NCBI GenBank assembly: GCA_963775855.1
Contig: CAVZKO010000007.1
Span: forward strand, 481,856-545,855
Length of the DNA: 64,000 nucleotides
Direction of reading: 5' to 3'
DNA from: an uncultured Chloroflexia bacterium
Lineage (GTDB): Bacteria > Chloroflexota > Limnocylindria > Limnocylindrales > CSP1-4
Below the pieces are notes generated by a model, which was given only the letters and a program-made list of their open reading frames with translations, ran no database searches and was not told the origin of the DNA. Below, piece by piece: positions 1 through 8,902 of this stretch. The position numbers and the translations under genes were made by a program. Each line of letters starts with the position of its first letter. Positions within the stretch are counted from its first letter, which is position 1.

Positions 1-1
1 C

Positions 2-1291
2 CTGTTGATCAGCCCCCAGGTCACCAATGACAGCCAGCTGCTGTTCCACCGGTCGCTGTCCGATCGCCTGCCGCGGATCGCCCCATTCCTCCTGTACGAC
101 AAGGATCCGTATGTAGTCGTTCGCGACGACGGGCGGCTCGTCTATGTCCAGGACGCCTACACCGCGACCAACCGCTTCCCGCACGGGCAGGGATTCAATC
201 CGAGCGATCTCAACACGCCGGGTGTCGCCCCGACCGGTCTCGGCGAGAGGTCATTCAACTACCTTCGGAACAGCGTGAAGATCGTCGTCGATGCCTACGA
301 CGGCACGATGACCTTCTACGCCAACGATCCCGACGACGCGCTCATCCGCGCCTGGCAGGGCGTATTCCCGACGCTGTTCCAGCCCATGTCCGACTTCCCG
401 ACCGACCTCCGCCCGCACCTTCGCGTGCCTGAGGAGCAGTTCAACGTCCAGACGCGGGTATACGGCCGCTACCACGTCCAGAACGCGGACACGTTCTACG
501 ACAGTGCTGACCTGTGGACCGTGCCGATCAGCCAGACGTCGGAGTCCAGCCTGCCGAGCGAGGCGTACTACGTGATCATGTCGCTGCCGGAGGCGGTCGA
601 CCCGGAATTCCTCCTCCTCCAGCCGATGATTCCCAAGGATCGCCCGAACATGATTGCCTGGGTCGCGGCCCGGAACGATGTGGAGAACTACGGCCAGACG
701 CTTGTCTATCGGTTCCCGACCGAGACGTCCGTCTTCGGGCCTGCCCAGATCGAGGCGTCCATCGACGCCGATCCGGAGATCAGTGCTCAGTTCACGCTCT
801 GGAGCCAGTCCGGCAGCAGCGTGATCCGAGGCAACCTCATCGTCGTCCCGGTCGGGGACTCCCTGATCTACCTCCAGCCGGTCTATCTCCAGGCCACCAG
901 CTCGAAGTTCCCGGCGTTCCAGAAGATCATCGTCGCCTCGCCGACGACGGTCGTCTGGGGCGACACCCTCCGCCAGGCGCTCAATCAGCTCCTCCGCGAT
1001 CAGGGCGGCGGTCCCGGCCCGTCCCCGACGCCGTCGCCACCCGGCCCGACCCCGTCGCCCGGGCCGACCCAAACCCCGGCTCCGGGATCCTCGCCGCCGT
1101 CCGGCGACGTCGCGGCTCTCGTCGACTACGCGAACCTCCACTTCGAGCTCGCCCAGCAAGCACTCCGAGACGGCGACTTCGCCCGGTACGGCCAGGAGAT
1201 CGAGCTCGTCGAGGAGGCCCTCGGCCAGCTCGAGGAGCTCGTCGGCGGGTCGTCGCCCGGTCCATCGGCGACGCCGAGCGCCGCGCCGTGA
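2..1291 (+). CDS. UPF0182-family membrane protein, C-terminal part (5' end lies upstream of the window)
   Basis: The frame is open from the window edge to TGA 1289-1291, with strong G/C at codon position 3. Segments such as FLLYDKDPYVVVRDDGRLVYVQDAYT and NLIVVPVGDSLIYLQPVYLQA match what I remember of UPF0182 C-terminal halves. It ends in a Pro-rich linker plus an acidic helix. Confidence 0.7.
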   Translation: MLISPQVTNDSQLLFHRSLSDRLPRIAPFLLYDKDPYVVVRDDGRLVYVQDAYTATNRFPHGQGFNPSDLNTPGVAPTGLGERSFNYLRNSVKIVVDAYDGTMTFYANDPDDALIRAWQGVFPTLFQPMSDFPTDLRPHLRVPEEQFNVQTRVYGRYHVQNADTFYDSADLWTVPISQTSESSLPSEAYYVIMSLPEAVDPEFLLLQPMIPKDRPNMIAWVAARNDVENYGQTLVYRFPTETSVFGPAQIEASIDADPEISAQFTLWSQSGSSVIRGNLIVVPVGDSLIYLQPVYLQATSSKFPAFQKIIVASPTTVVWGDTLRQALNQLLRDQGGGPGPSPTPSPPGPTPSPGPTQTPAPGSSPPSGDVAALVDYANLHFELAQQALRDGDFARYGQEIELVEEALGQLEELVGGSSPGPSATPSAAP

Positions 1292-2307
1292 GCCGGGGCG
1301 GGGCGATTCTCGCCTCGCTCCTCGTGACCCTCGGCCGCCCGGCGTGGTGGCTGCTTGCCCTCGCCGGGTTCCTCGTCCGAGGCGGGTTCGTCGTATTCCT
1401 GATCCCGATCGTCGTGCTCCCGTCACCGCTCGCGGTCTCGAACGTCGTAGCCCCGGTCATCGTGCCGATGGCGCTCGGCCGGATCGTGCCGGAGGTGATC
1501 GTGCTGTTGATCGCCGGAGGCGCCGGCCTCTTCGCGTGGCTGCTCATCGGCGGCGCGATCGCGGCGGCGACGGACCTGGCCCTGACACGCGACGCGGTTG
1601 TGGCGGCCGCCGACGAGGGGATCGCCACGCCGCCCGAGAGTGTTCCGCCGATCGATCCAGAACGGCCTGATCGCGCCCTCGTCGGCTCGATCCTCGCGGC
1701 TCGCCTGATCGCGTGGCTTCCGCTCGCCGCCGCCCTCGCGATCGGCCTGGTCAGGATCGTAGCTGTCACATATGAAGAGCTGACGGGTCCCGCCGAGGTC
1801 GAGATCCCGCTCGCCCTGCGCGTTGCACTCGGCGCCGCGGGCGAGCTGGCCGTCATGGCCGTCGCCTGGGTGTTCGGCGAACTCGTCGGCGGCCTCGCGA
1901 GCAGGTGGATCGTCCTCGACGATGCCCCGGCCGGCCCGGCGCTCGCCGCGGCTGGTCGCGACGTCGTCCGGCGGCCGGCCTCGACGCTCCTGCCGTGGCT
2001 CGTGACGACATTGATGTTGCTGATCATTCTCGGGGGCACCGTGGGAGCGGCCAGCGTCGCCTGGTCCCGCGTCAACGTGGCCCTCGCAAACCGGAACCCC
2101 GATGTGGCGACCGTCGCGATCAGCGTCCTGGTATTCGTGGCGATCTGGCTGGCTGCACTCGTCCTGGGCGGCCTGTTCGCCGCCATTCGCAGCTCCGTTC
2201 TGACCTTCGAGCATCTCCGGGTCCGGGCCAAAACCGGGACGTTCGGGGCATCGGCGCACCACCGTCCGGGGGATAGGTCCGTCCCGGACCGAGGTGGCAG
2301 CCTGTAG
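1288..2307 (+). CDS. Polytopic membrane protein, family not recognised
   Basis: GTG 1288 overlaps the upstream stop (GTGA). The 339 codons include several hydrophobic helices (WWLLALAGFLVRGGFVVFLIPIVVL, VIVLLIAGGAGLFAWLLIGGAIAAA, LLPWLVTTLMLLIILGG, VAISVLVFVAIWLAALVLGGLFAAI). Confidence 0.6.
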   Translation: MSRGGAILASLLVTLGRPAWWLLALAGFLVRGGFVVFLIPIVVLPSPLAVSNVVAPVIVPMALGRIVPEVIVLLIAGGAGLFAWLLIGGAIAAATDLALTRDAVVAAADEGIATPPESVPPIDPERPDRALVGSILAARLIAWLPLAAALAIGLVRIVAVTYEELTGPAEVEIPLALRVALGAAGELAVMAVAWVFGELVGGLASRWIVLDDAPAGPALAAAGRDVVRRPASTLLPWLVTTLMLLIILGGTVGAASVAWSRVNVALANRNPDVATVAISVLVFVAIWLAALVLGGLFAAIRSSVLTFEHLRVRAKTGTFGASAHHRPGDRSVPDRGGSL

Positions 2308-2347
2308 CCCCGGCCCCGGAGGGTCCGGATTCCACTCGAGGTGCTCG

Positions 2348-3503
2348 ATGGCGACGAAGACTGTCGTCTGCCCGGAATGCGACTCGCCGCTGGCTCCTGG
2401 CCGCTTTTCCTGTTCGGCGTGCGGCGCGCTCGTCGCCTCCGTCGCCACGCTGTCGCGGCCGTTCGCTCCCGTCGTCGAAGCTGGGGCCCCGGCGGCCGAC
2501 GTCCCGGTCGGGCCCGCCGTGGCCGAAGCTGCCGCATGGCCGGCAGACATGATGGCGCCAGCGGAGCCAATTTCACAGGCCGCAGCCCCGGTTGCGACGG
2601 CGACCGTGCCCCAGCCGTCGACGCCCGCACCTGCCGCCAGTCCGCAAACCTCGAGCGACCCCATCCCTGCCGCGCCGGCCGAAGTCGGCCGTCCTCGTCG
2701 ATCCGGCCCCCGAGAGGAATGGCGGCCCCAGCCTGGAACCAGCGCCCGCACCGGTCGCGGCCGAGCTGCCAACGTCCTGGGTGCTCGCCCAGCCCGCTCG
2801 CCCGGAGCGCGCAGACGCCGCGCCGTCCGACTCCGCGGCGCCCGCCCCGGCCCCAAGCTGGCCCGATCGACCAGTCTGGCCGCCGGCCCGTGCCATCGAC
2901 GCTGTCGCGCCGCCCGTCGAGCCGGCCGCAACTCGGGTGCCTGCCGGAGCGTACCTGCCGCCATCGGCCGTGCTCCCGCCTGCGGAGGCGCTGCCGCTGC
3001 CGGGTGCCGTGCGCGCTAACGCGACCGACCCCAAAGCCGACGCGGCCGACTCGAACCCCTGGCGAATCCAGCTAGGCGACGGGGCCGGGCCGCTCGGTCT
3101 CCCGATCGACGTCGCTACGCGGGTCGTTCTCCTGGGGGCAGGCATCTCGCTGCTGGGATTCCTGCTGCCGTGGGCCGATATCGTGATCGGCAGCGGCGCG
3201 ATGGACGGCTACGTGGCCCAATGGGGCCTGGCCGGTCCCGGACATCCGCTCATCCTCCTGCTCGTCGCCGTGCTGTTCGGTTCGACCCTGGTCGTGGAGC
3301 GCCTGCCGCGCTGGGTGAGGCTGGGGTTGCCATCAATCGGCCTCGCGTGCCTCCTCATCGGCCTCGCATGGCCCTACCTGGCCGGCCCGTTCGACGCGTC
3401 CATCGGCGTGTACGTCGTCGCCATCGGGGCGGTGGTCATGATCGCCGGTGGCCTGCTCGATCGGATCGCGTCGCGTCACGCCGAGACGGTTACATCCGTC
3501 TAG
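2348..3503 (+). CDS. Zinc-ribbon / Pro-Ala linker / multi-TM protein; apparent frame change near 2675-2700
   Basis: ATG 2348 is preceded by GAGGTG. The N-terminus has CPECDSP...CSACG, followed by a long Pro/Ala linker and C-terminal TM helices (VVLLGAGISLLGFLLPW, HPLILLLVAVLFGSTLVV, LPSIGLACLLIGLAW, VYVVAIGAVVMIAGGLL). The N-terminal and C-terminal parts lie in different frames, and past about 2700 the first frame becomes Arg-rich nonsense until 3019. The alternative is two genes, the second starting around GTG 2779. Confidence 0.5.
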
Positions 3504-3514
3504 GGCACACCCGG

Positions 3515-3554
3515 GCGGCGTCGGTAGCCCCTGTTACACTGCGCCCGACGCCGC
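3515..3554 (+). terminator. GC-rich hairpin just after the stop at 3503 (possible factor-independent terminator without a U-tract)
   Basis: Perfect 10-bp arms GCGGCGTCGG (3515-3524) and CCGACGCCGC (3545-3554) flank a 20-nt loop, starting 12 nt after the stop codon. No T-run follows. Confidence 0.3.
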
Positions 3555-3624
3555 GGGCGTACCGGGATAGAGGACGCGGCGACCGACCGGTCTGAGAGAT
3601 TCGGAGGCAACCCCACCAACCCGC

Positions 3625-4278
3625 ATGGACGAGATCTTCGGCGAGATCGGGAAAGCCCTCGGCGGGTTCTTCGGCAGCGAACCCGTTCAGCTGGCACTTC
3701 AGGCGATCGCGATCTACCTGATCATCCTGTGGCTGGCAGGCGCCTACTGGGCCTTCCGCGACATGCAGCAGCGCACGGAAAACCCGATCCTGCCCTACGT
3801 CGCGGCCAGTTTCATCATCGTCTTCACCCCGATCTTCTTTCCCCTGGCGATCTTCGTCTACAAGATCATCCGGCCGCACGAGAAGATCGGCGAAGTCTAC
3901 GAGCGCAATCTCGCCGAGGAGGCCCTCCTCGCCGAGGTCGAAGCGATCCACAGCTGCCCGACCTGCGCCCGCCGTGTGAACGACGAGTGGATCATCTGCC
4001 CAACCTGCCGGACCCGACTGAACCGCGTCTGCCCGAACTGCAGCCGCCTCGTCGGCCTCGACTGGTCCCTGTGTGCCTGGTGCGGCAAGGACTTCGAGCG
4101 GCGCGACATGCCCGCCGCGGCCATCGCCAGTCCTCGCCCGGCGGCGATCATGCCCCTCCCGGGCACGCTCGAGGAAACGGGCAAGATCGCCGCCGAAGGC
4201 TCATCGCGCTCCCGGTCATCGGGACCGCGCTCGGTGCCCGCGCCCCACGCCTCGCAGGACGTCCTGCCCGAGAGCTAG
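3625..4278 (+). CDS. Membrane-anchored double zinc-ribbon protein
   Basis: ATG 3625. Two N-terminal TM helices (LALQAIAIYLIILWLAGAYWAF, YVAASFIIVFTPIFFPLAIFVY) are followed by CPTCARRV...CPTCRTRL..CPNCSRLV...CAWCG (four CxxC pairs) and a Ser/Pro/Arg-rich tail. Confidence 0.75.
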   Translation: MDEIFGEIGKALGGFFGSEPVQLALQAIAIYLIILWLAGAYWAFRDMQQRTENPILPYVAASFIIVFTPIFFPLAIFVYKIIRPHEKIGEVYERNLAEEALLAEVEAIHSCPTCARRVNDEWIICPTCRTRLNRVCPNCSRLVGLDWSLCAWCGKDFERRDMPAAAIASPRPAAIMPLPGTLEETGKIAAEGSSRSRSSGPRSVPAPHASQDVLPES

Positions 4279-4366
4279 GCGCGGCCTCCGGCCGATGGCC
4301 TCCGCGGGGCTCGGCCTCGGACGTCGGCGGGCCGTCTGCGAGCAACCCGGACCCTCGATTGGCCGC

Positions 4367-5395
4367 GTGTACGTAGAGTTGCCGCGTGACTACGAACGAC
4401 GATCCCGACGAGACCCCCCTCCTCCCCGGCCCGGTGCGTCCACCTTCACGATCGAAGGGCGCGCGGCGCCCGGGCTCTTTGTCGTCGGGTGGCTGGCGTC
4501 GCTGCTCGGGCTCGCGCTGGTCATCGCCGGGGCGTTCGCACCCTCGACGGTGCTCGTCTATTTCATCGGACCAGGGCTGCTGTCGCTGGGGTTGATCGCC
4601 GGCGCGGGCAACCAGGCCTTCGAGCGTCGTGCTCGCGGAGCCGCCTACGCCGGACCCTCGCCGATCCTCGTCTTTGCAGCGACGATCGCCGTCACGTACT
4701 TCGTCGGGGCGGTCCTTGGACTGATTCTCGACGCCCTCCTGTCTTCGACGGGATCGACGGTCTGGCCACCGGTCGGGCAGCTCATCGCCGGGGCCGTCAC
4801 GGCACTCGTCTTCATCGGCCTGATCCGGCTCACGGTCGTCGGGACGGGCGCGCTGTCCTGGTCGGACATGGGAGTCAGCCGGTTCGACGAGCTGGCAATC
4901 AAGGATCTCTTCGCCGGTGCTTCGCTTGCCGTGCCGGTGATCGGCGTCACGCTCATCGTCGGCGCGATCCTCGTGTCGATCCTCGGCGTCACGACTCCCA
5001 GCCCGCTGCCGCCGACCGGCGAACTGTCCGGCTTGCTGCTCCAGCTCGTGGTCGGCGCGATCATTGCCCCGATCGCCGAGGAGCTGCTGTTCCGAGGCTT
5101 CGCCGTCACCGCCTGGCGCCGCTCGATCGGGGCGAGCCGGGCAATCATCCGGGCGACGCTCCTGTTCGCCATCGCCCATGTCATCGGTGTCGCCCCAACC
5201 GACGACTTCGGCGACGCCCTACGGCTGATGGCGGTCGGCGCCGGAACGCGTCTGCCTGTTGCCTGGGTCCTGGGCTGGGTCTTCGTCCGCCGCGGCTCGA
5301 TCTGGGCGCCGATCGGGTTGCACGCGACATTCAACGCGGTGCTGCTGATCCTCGCCCACTTCGCCCAGGTCGCCGCTCGATCCGGCGTCCCCTGA
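4367..5395 (+). CDS. CPBP-family intramembrane glutamic endopeptidase (CAAX protease-like); start unresolved
   Basis: Multiple TM helices plus the CPBP motifs APIAEELLFRGF, LLFAIAHV and GLHATFNAV. In-frame starts are GTG 4367 or TTG 4379. However, codon-position-3 G/C is better in the frame starting at GTG 4386 (MTTNDDPDETPLLPGPV) up to about 4435, so a one-base frame change there is an alternative. Confidence 0.7.
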   Translation: MYVELPRDYERRSRRDPPPPRPGASTFTIEGRAAPGLFVVGWLASLLGLALVIAGAFAPSTVLVYFIGPGLLSLGLIAGAGNQAFERRARGAAYAGPSPILVFAATIAVTYFVGAVLGLILDALLSSTGSTVWPPVGQLIAGAVTALVFIGLIRLTVVGTGALSWSDMGVSRFDELAIKDLFAGASLAVPVIGVTLIVGAILVSILGVTTPSPLPPTGELSGLLLQLVVGAIIAPIAEELLFRGFAVTAWRRSIGASRAIIRATLLFAIAHVIGVAPTDDFGDALRLMAVGAGTRLPVAWVLGWVFVRRGSIWAPIGLHATFNAVLLILAHFAQVAARSGVP

Positions 5396-5463
5396 ACCGT
5401 CGACTCGCGATGAAGCCCCGGGTGAGCCGTCGATAAGAACCACTCGCTACTGTTCGGGCCGTT

Positions 5464-5516
5464 CCCGGGTCCGGATGGCGGGAGGAATCGGCGGGCTTCC
5501 GTCGTACGGACCCGGG
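5464..5516. repeat. Perfect 10-bp inverted repeat with a 33-nt spacer in the CPBP-radC intergenic region
   Basis: CCCGGGTCCG (5464-5473) and CGGACCCGGG (5507-5516). The spacer has further GGAA/TTCC complementarity. It lies 48 nt upstream of the radC ATG. Confidence 0.5.
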
Positions 5517-5563
5517 GACTCCGAGCCCGCCGTCCCAGGAGCCGTCGCCTCGGGAGATGAGCG

Positions 5564-6322
5564 ATGGCCGAACCAGTTGTTCGCGATAGCGCTCTCGAGG
5601 CGCCGCGGGCGGGTCGGGCGATCAGGGAGATGCCGCCGCTGGAGCGGCCGCGCGAGCGCCTCGCGGCGCGGGGCGCGGCCGGCCTGAGCTCGGCGGAGCT
5701 CATCGGTCTTCTGTGGGGCTCCGGGTCGCGCGGCCGGTCGGCGGTCGACCTCGCCGAGGATGCGCTCGCGCGCCACGACGGCCTGACCGGCCTCGCCCGG
5801 GCGACGGACATCGAGCTCGAATCTGTGCCGGGAATTGGCGCCGCAAAGGCCGCCCAGCTCGCTGCCGCCTTCGAACTGGGGCGCCGCCTGCTTGCGGACT
5901 GGCCGGCCGGCCGCTGGACCATCCGATCGGCCCGCGACGTCGCCGACCGACTCGTGCTTCAGATGGGCCGCCTCGAGCGGGAAGAGCTGCGGGTCGTGCT
6001 CCTGAACACGAAGAACGTCGTGCTGCGGGTCGCCACGGTCTACCAAGGCAACGTCTCGTCGTCGCTCGTCCGGGTCGGGGAGCTCTTTCGCGACGCCGTC
6101 AGGCTCAACGCGGCCGGTCTGATTCTCGTTCACAACCACCCGAGCGGCGACCCGACGCCGTCACCCGACGATCTCCACCTGACCGCCGAGGCGCTCGCCG
6201 CCGGCCGGCTCCTCGATATCGACCTGCTCGACCACCTCGTCGTCGGCCACGATGCCTGGGTGTCGCTCCGCGACCGGGGCGTGTCGTTCGACCGGGTCGG
6301 CGGGTCGCGACCCGCCGGCTAA
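5564..6322 (+). CDS. radC: RadC-family (JAB/MPN domain) protein
   Basis: ATG 5564 follows GGGAG. It has a helix-hairpin-helix-like N-terminus (LSSAELIGLLWGSG, VPGIGAAKAAQLAAAFELGRR) and the JAB motif LILVHNHPSGDPTPSPDD. Its position upstream of mreB-mreC is a familiar gene order. Confidence 0.9.
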   Translation: MAEPVVRDSALEAPRAGRAIREMPPLERPRERLAARGAAGLSSAELIGLLWGSGSRGRSAVDLAEDALARHDGLTGLARATDIELESVPGIGAAKAAQLAAAFELGRRLLADWPAGRWTIRSARDVADRLVLQMGRLEREELRVVLLNTKNVVLRVATVYQGNVSSSLVRVGELFRDAVRLNAAGLILVHNHPSGDPTPSPDDLHLTAEALAAGRLLDIDLLDHLVVGHDAWVSLRDRGVSFDRVGGSRPAG

Positions 6323-6600
6323 CGTCGATCTCTGCCCGCGGCGAGGAGCATGCCGACGAAGTACGAGGCGTTCCGGGTCACGTCGCCGTAGTCGACCGGT
6401 CGGAAGCTCTCGATCTCGTTGAAGCGCGCGACGAATGCCTCGGCCGCCTTCCGGCCATCGCTCTGCCCGTAGCCGCTGGACTCGGGGATGAAGAACGGGC
6501 AGTCACGATAGATCCCGACCCGGAACTCGCGACCAGTTACCGTCGTGAGAGTCCGACCTTCGAAGCGCCGCGCCAGCTCCAGGAGCTCGGCATACGTCAT
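6319..6600 (-). CDS. Small hypothetical protein (93 aa)
   Basis: ATG at 6600 (plus strand CAT 6598-6600) and stop at 6319-6321, overlapping the radC stop by 4 nt. High G/C at codon position 3 and a normal amino-acid mix (MTYAELLELARRFEGRTL...CPFFIPESSGYGQSDGRKAAEAFVARFNE), unlike the Arg-rich shadow ORFs. No family recognised. Confidence 0.55.
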   Translation of the reverse strand: MTYAELLELARRFEGRTLTTVTGREFRVGIYRDCPFFIPESSGYGQSDGRKAAEAFVARFNEIESFRPVDYGDVTRNASYFVGMLLAAGRDRR

Positions 6601-6799
6601 CGGCAAATCGTAGACCTCCGGAGTCGGCGGGATCGGCGAGCCGAAGGTGCCCTGCGGCGGGGCCGGTCGAGCCGGGTATACTGCACGGGCTTCCCCGCCT
6701 GATCCCGAGCGCGCGATCCCCCAGTGCCCATCCAGGCCAGTGGGAGCCGCTGCGAACACCGGACGCGACCCGACCCGCAACGAAGGACCTTCCCGCCAC

Positions 6800-7858
6800 A
6801 TGCTCGACCGCTTCCTCGGCCTCTTCTCCCGTGACATCGGGATCGACCTCGGGACCGCCAACACGCTGGTCCATGTCCGGGACCGGGGAATCGTGATGAG
6901 CGAGCCGTCCGTCGTCGCGATCGATGCCAAGACGAAACGGGTCCTCGCGGTCGGCGCGGAGGCCAAGCGGATGGTCGGCCGGACCCCCGCGAGCATCATC
7001 GCGATCCGGCCGCTCCGCGACGGCGTCATCAGCGACTTCGACGTCACCGAGGAAATGATCAAATACTTCGTCCGGCGGGTCCACGATCGCGTCGGACTCA
7101 TTCCGAGGCCGCGAATGCTCCTTGGCATCCCGTCCGGCGTGACCGAGGTCGAGAAGCGGGCCGTCCGAGATGCTGCGCTGAACGCCGGGGCCCGCTGGGC
7201 CCGGCTCATCGAGGAGCCGATGGCCGCCGCGATTGGTGCGGGCCTCCCCGTCTCCGAGCCGTCGGGCAGCCTCATCGTCGACATCGGCGGCGGTACGACC
7301 GAGGTCGCGGTGATCAGCCTCGGCGGGATCGTCGTCAGCCGCTCGATCCGCATCGGTGGTGACGAGATGGACCAGGACATCGTCGCGTTCGCCCGTCGCG
7401 AGTACAACCTCTTTCTCGGCGAGCGGACTGCCGAGGACATCAAGATCGCGATCGGCTCTGCCTACCCCGGCGACTGGGACCAGCAGCGCATCTCGCTGCG
7501 CGGGCGGGACCTGCTGACGGGCCTGCCGCGCAGCGTGGAGGTGGGGGCGGACCAGATCCGCGAGGCGATCGAGCCGTCCGTCCAGCAGATCGTCGACACG
7601 ATCAAGGACACGATCGAGGAGACGCCGCCGGAGCTCGTCGCCGACATCATGGACCAGGGGATCGTTCTGGCCGGTGGCGGGGCGCTCCTCGCGGGCCTCG
7701 ACCGGCGGACGGCCGATGCGACCCAGATGCCCGTCCACATCGCCGACGACCCACTCACATGCGTCGTCCGGGGCACCGGGATCGTCCTGCAGGAGTTGGG
7801 CAACCCGGCGATGGACCGCGTCCTCGTCACCGATACGTATGCGCGCGCGCCGCGGTAG
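6800..7858 (+). CDS. mreB: Rod-shape-determining actin homologue MreB
   Basis: ATG 6800. Motifs DIGIDLGTANTLV, RPLRDGVISDF, VDIGGGTTEVAVISLGG and VLAGGGALLAGL are typical MreB/actin-fold phosphate and adenosine motifs. Confidence 0.95.
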   Translation: MLDRFLGLFSRDIGIDLGTANTLVHVRDRGIVMSEPSVVAIDAKTKRVLAVGAEAKRMVGRTPASIIAIRPLRDGVISDFDVTEEMIKYFVRRVHDRVGLIPRPRMLLGIPSGVTEVEKRAVRDAALNAGARWARLIEEPMAAAIGAGLPVSEPSGSLIVDIGGGTTEVAVISLGGIVVSRSIRIGGDEMDQDIVAFARREYNLFLGERTAEDIKIAIGSAYPGDWDQQRISLRGRDLLTGLPRSVEVGADQIREAIEPSVQQIVDTIKDTIEETPPELVADIMDQGIVLAGGGALLAGLDRRTADATQMPVHIADDPLTCVVRGTGIVLQELGNPAMDRVLVTDTYARAPR

Positions 7859-7896
7859 GGTGACTTGAGCAGCTAGCTCGAAGTCAGGATCGTTTC

Positions 7897-8868
7897 ATGA
7901 GTTCCTTGCTCGCATCCCGGACCGCCCGCCGCCGCTCCATCGTGTTCATCGCGCTGATCGCCACGACGCTCGTGATGATGGCCTTCTCGTCGAACCCGCT
8001 CGTGCGAGAGTTCCAGGGCGCCGTCAGCTATGCCATCCGTCCGATCCAGGGCGCCGTGGACAACGTCGCCGAGGGCATCGCCGGGATCTTCCAGTCCATG
8101 TCGGACATCGACCGGCTGCACACCGACAACACCGCCCTGCGCCGCGAGAACGAGCGCCTCAAGGCCGAAAACCTGAGGCTCCTCGAAGCCCAACGCGAGA
8201 TCGAGCTTCTCACGGGCGTCCTCCAGCTGCGCAACGGCTTCGCGTACAAGACGGCGGCCGCGGAGGTGATCGCCCGCGAGTCGTCGGAGTTCCGTCGCCT
8301 CATCACGATCAGCAAGGGCTCCGATGACGGGATCGAGGAGGGCGACGTGGTCATCGCCGAGGGCGGCGCGCTTGCCGGCCGCGTCGTCGAAGTCGGTCCG
8401 AATCATGCCAACGTCGTCCTCATCACCGACCAGTCCTCGACGGTCATCGGCCTCGTCCAGTCGAGTGGCGCAGTCGGGGCCGTCATCGGGCAGTTGGGCG
8501 GAACCCTGATCATGACCAACATCGATTCGACCGATCACATCGAGCTCGGGGACGAGGTGGTCACCGCCGGCATCGAGCTCGCCGGCGGGATCCGCTCGCC
8601 GTATCCGAAGGGGCTCCTCCTGGGCCAGATCGTCGATATCCGGCGAGACGCGAACAGCGTCGTCCAGACCGCCTTCCTTCAGCCGACGGCCAATCTCGAG
8701 AAGGTCGAGTACGTCCTCGTTGTCCTGGACTACGTCGGCGGCCTGCCGCCAGCCGACGAGCAGCCGATCGACTGCTCGATCACGGGCCCGGGCGGCGCCC
8801 TGCCGGGCGGCGAACAGCCCTGCATCGAGCCGACGCCGTCCGCCGCGCCGTCCGTCCCGGCGCCGTAG
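7897..8868 (+). CDS. mreC: Rod-shape-determining protein MreC
   Basis: ATG 7897. It has an N-terminal TM helix, a coiled coil (NTALRRENERLKAENLRLLEAQREIELL) and beta-rich MreC core segments (GDVVIAEGGALAGRVVEVGPNHANVVLITD, GDEVVTAG...YPKGLLLGQIV). It sits directly after mreB. Confidence 0.85.
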   Translation: MSSLLASRTARRRSIVFIALIATTLVMMAFSSNPLVREFQGAVSYAIRPIQGAVDNVAEGIAGIFQSMSDIDRLHTDNTALRRENERLKAENLRLLEAQREIELLTGVLQLRNGFAYKTAAAEVIARESSEFRRLITISKGSDDGIEEGDVVIAEGGALAGRVVEVGPNHANVVLITDQSSTVIGLVQSSGAVGAVIGQLGGTLIMTNIDSTDHIELGDEVVTAGIELAGGIRSPYPKGLLLGQIVDIRRDANSVVQTAFLQPTANLEKVEYVLVVLDYVGGLPPADEQPIDCSITGPGGALPGGEQPCIEPTPSAAPSVPAP

Positions 8869-8902
8869 CCGCGGCCGTGGCCCCTGCTACCCTGACCTGC
8901 GA

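Noticed and set aside
981-2964. Long minus-strand ORFs (549 and 513 aa) antisense to the UPF0182 and membrane-protein genes
   Set aside because: The translations are Arg/Pro/Ala/Ser-rich with no motifs, typical shadow frames of very GC-rich coding DNA. The plus-strand genes explain the region.
8869-8902. Hidden mreD between mreC and rfbA
   Set aside because: The gap is only 34 nt, and no hydrophobic small ORF overlaps the flanks in any frame.
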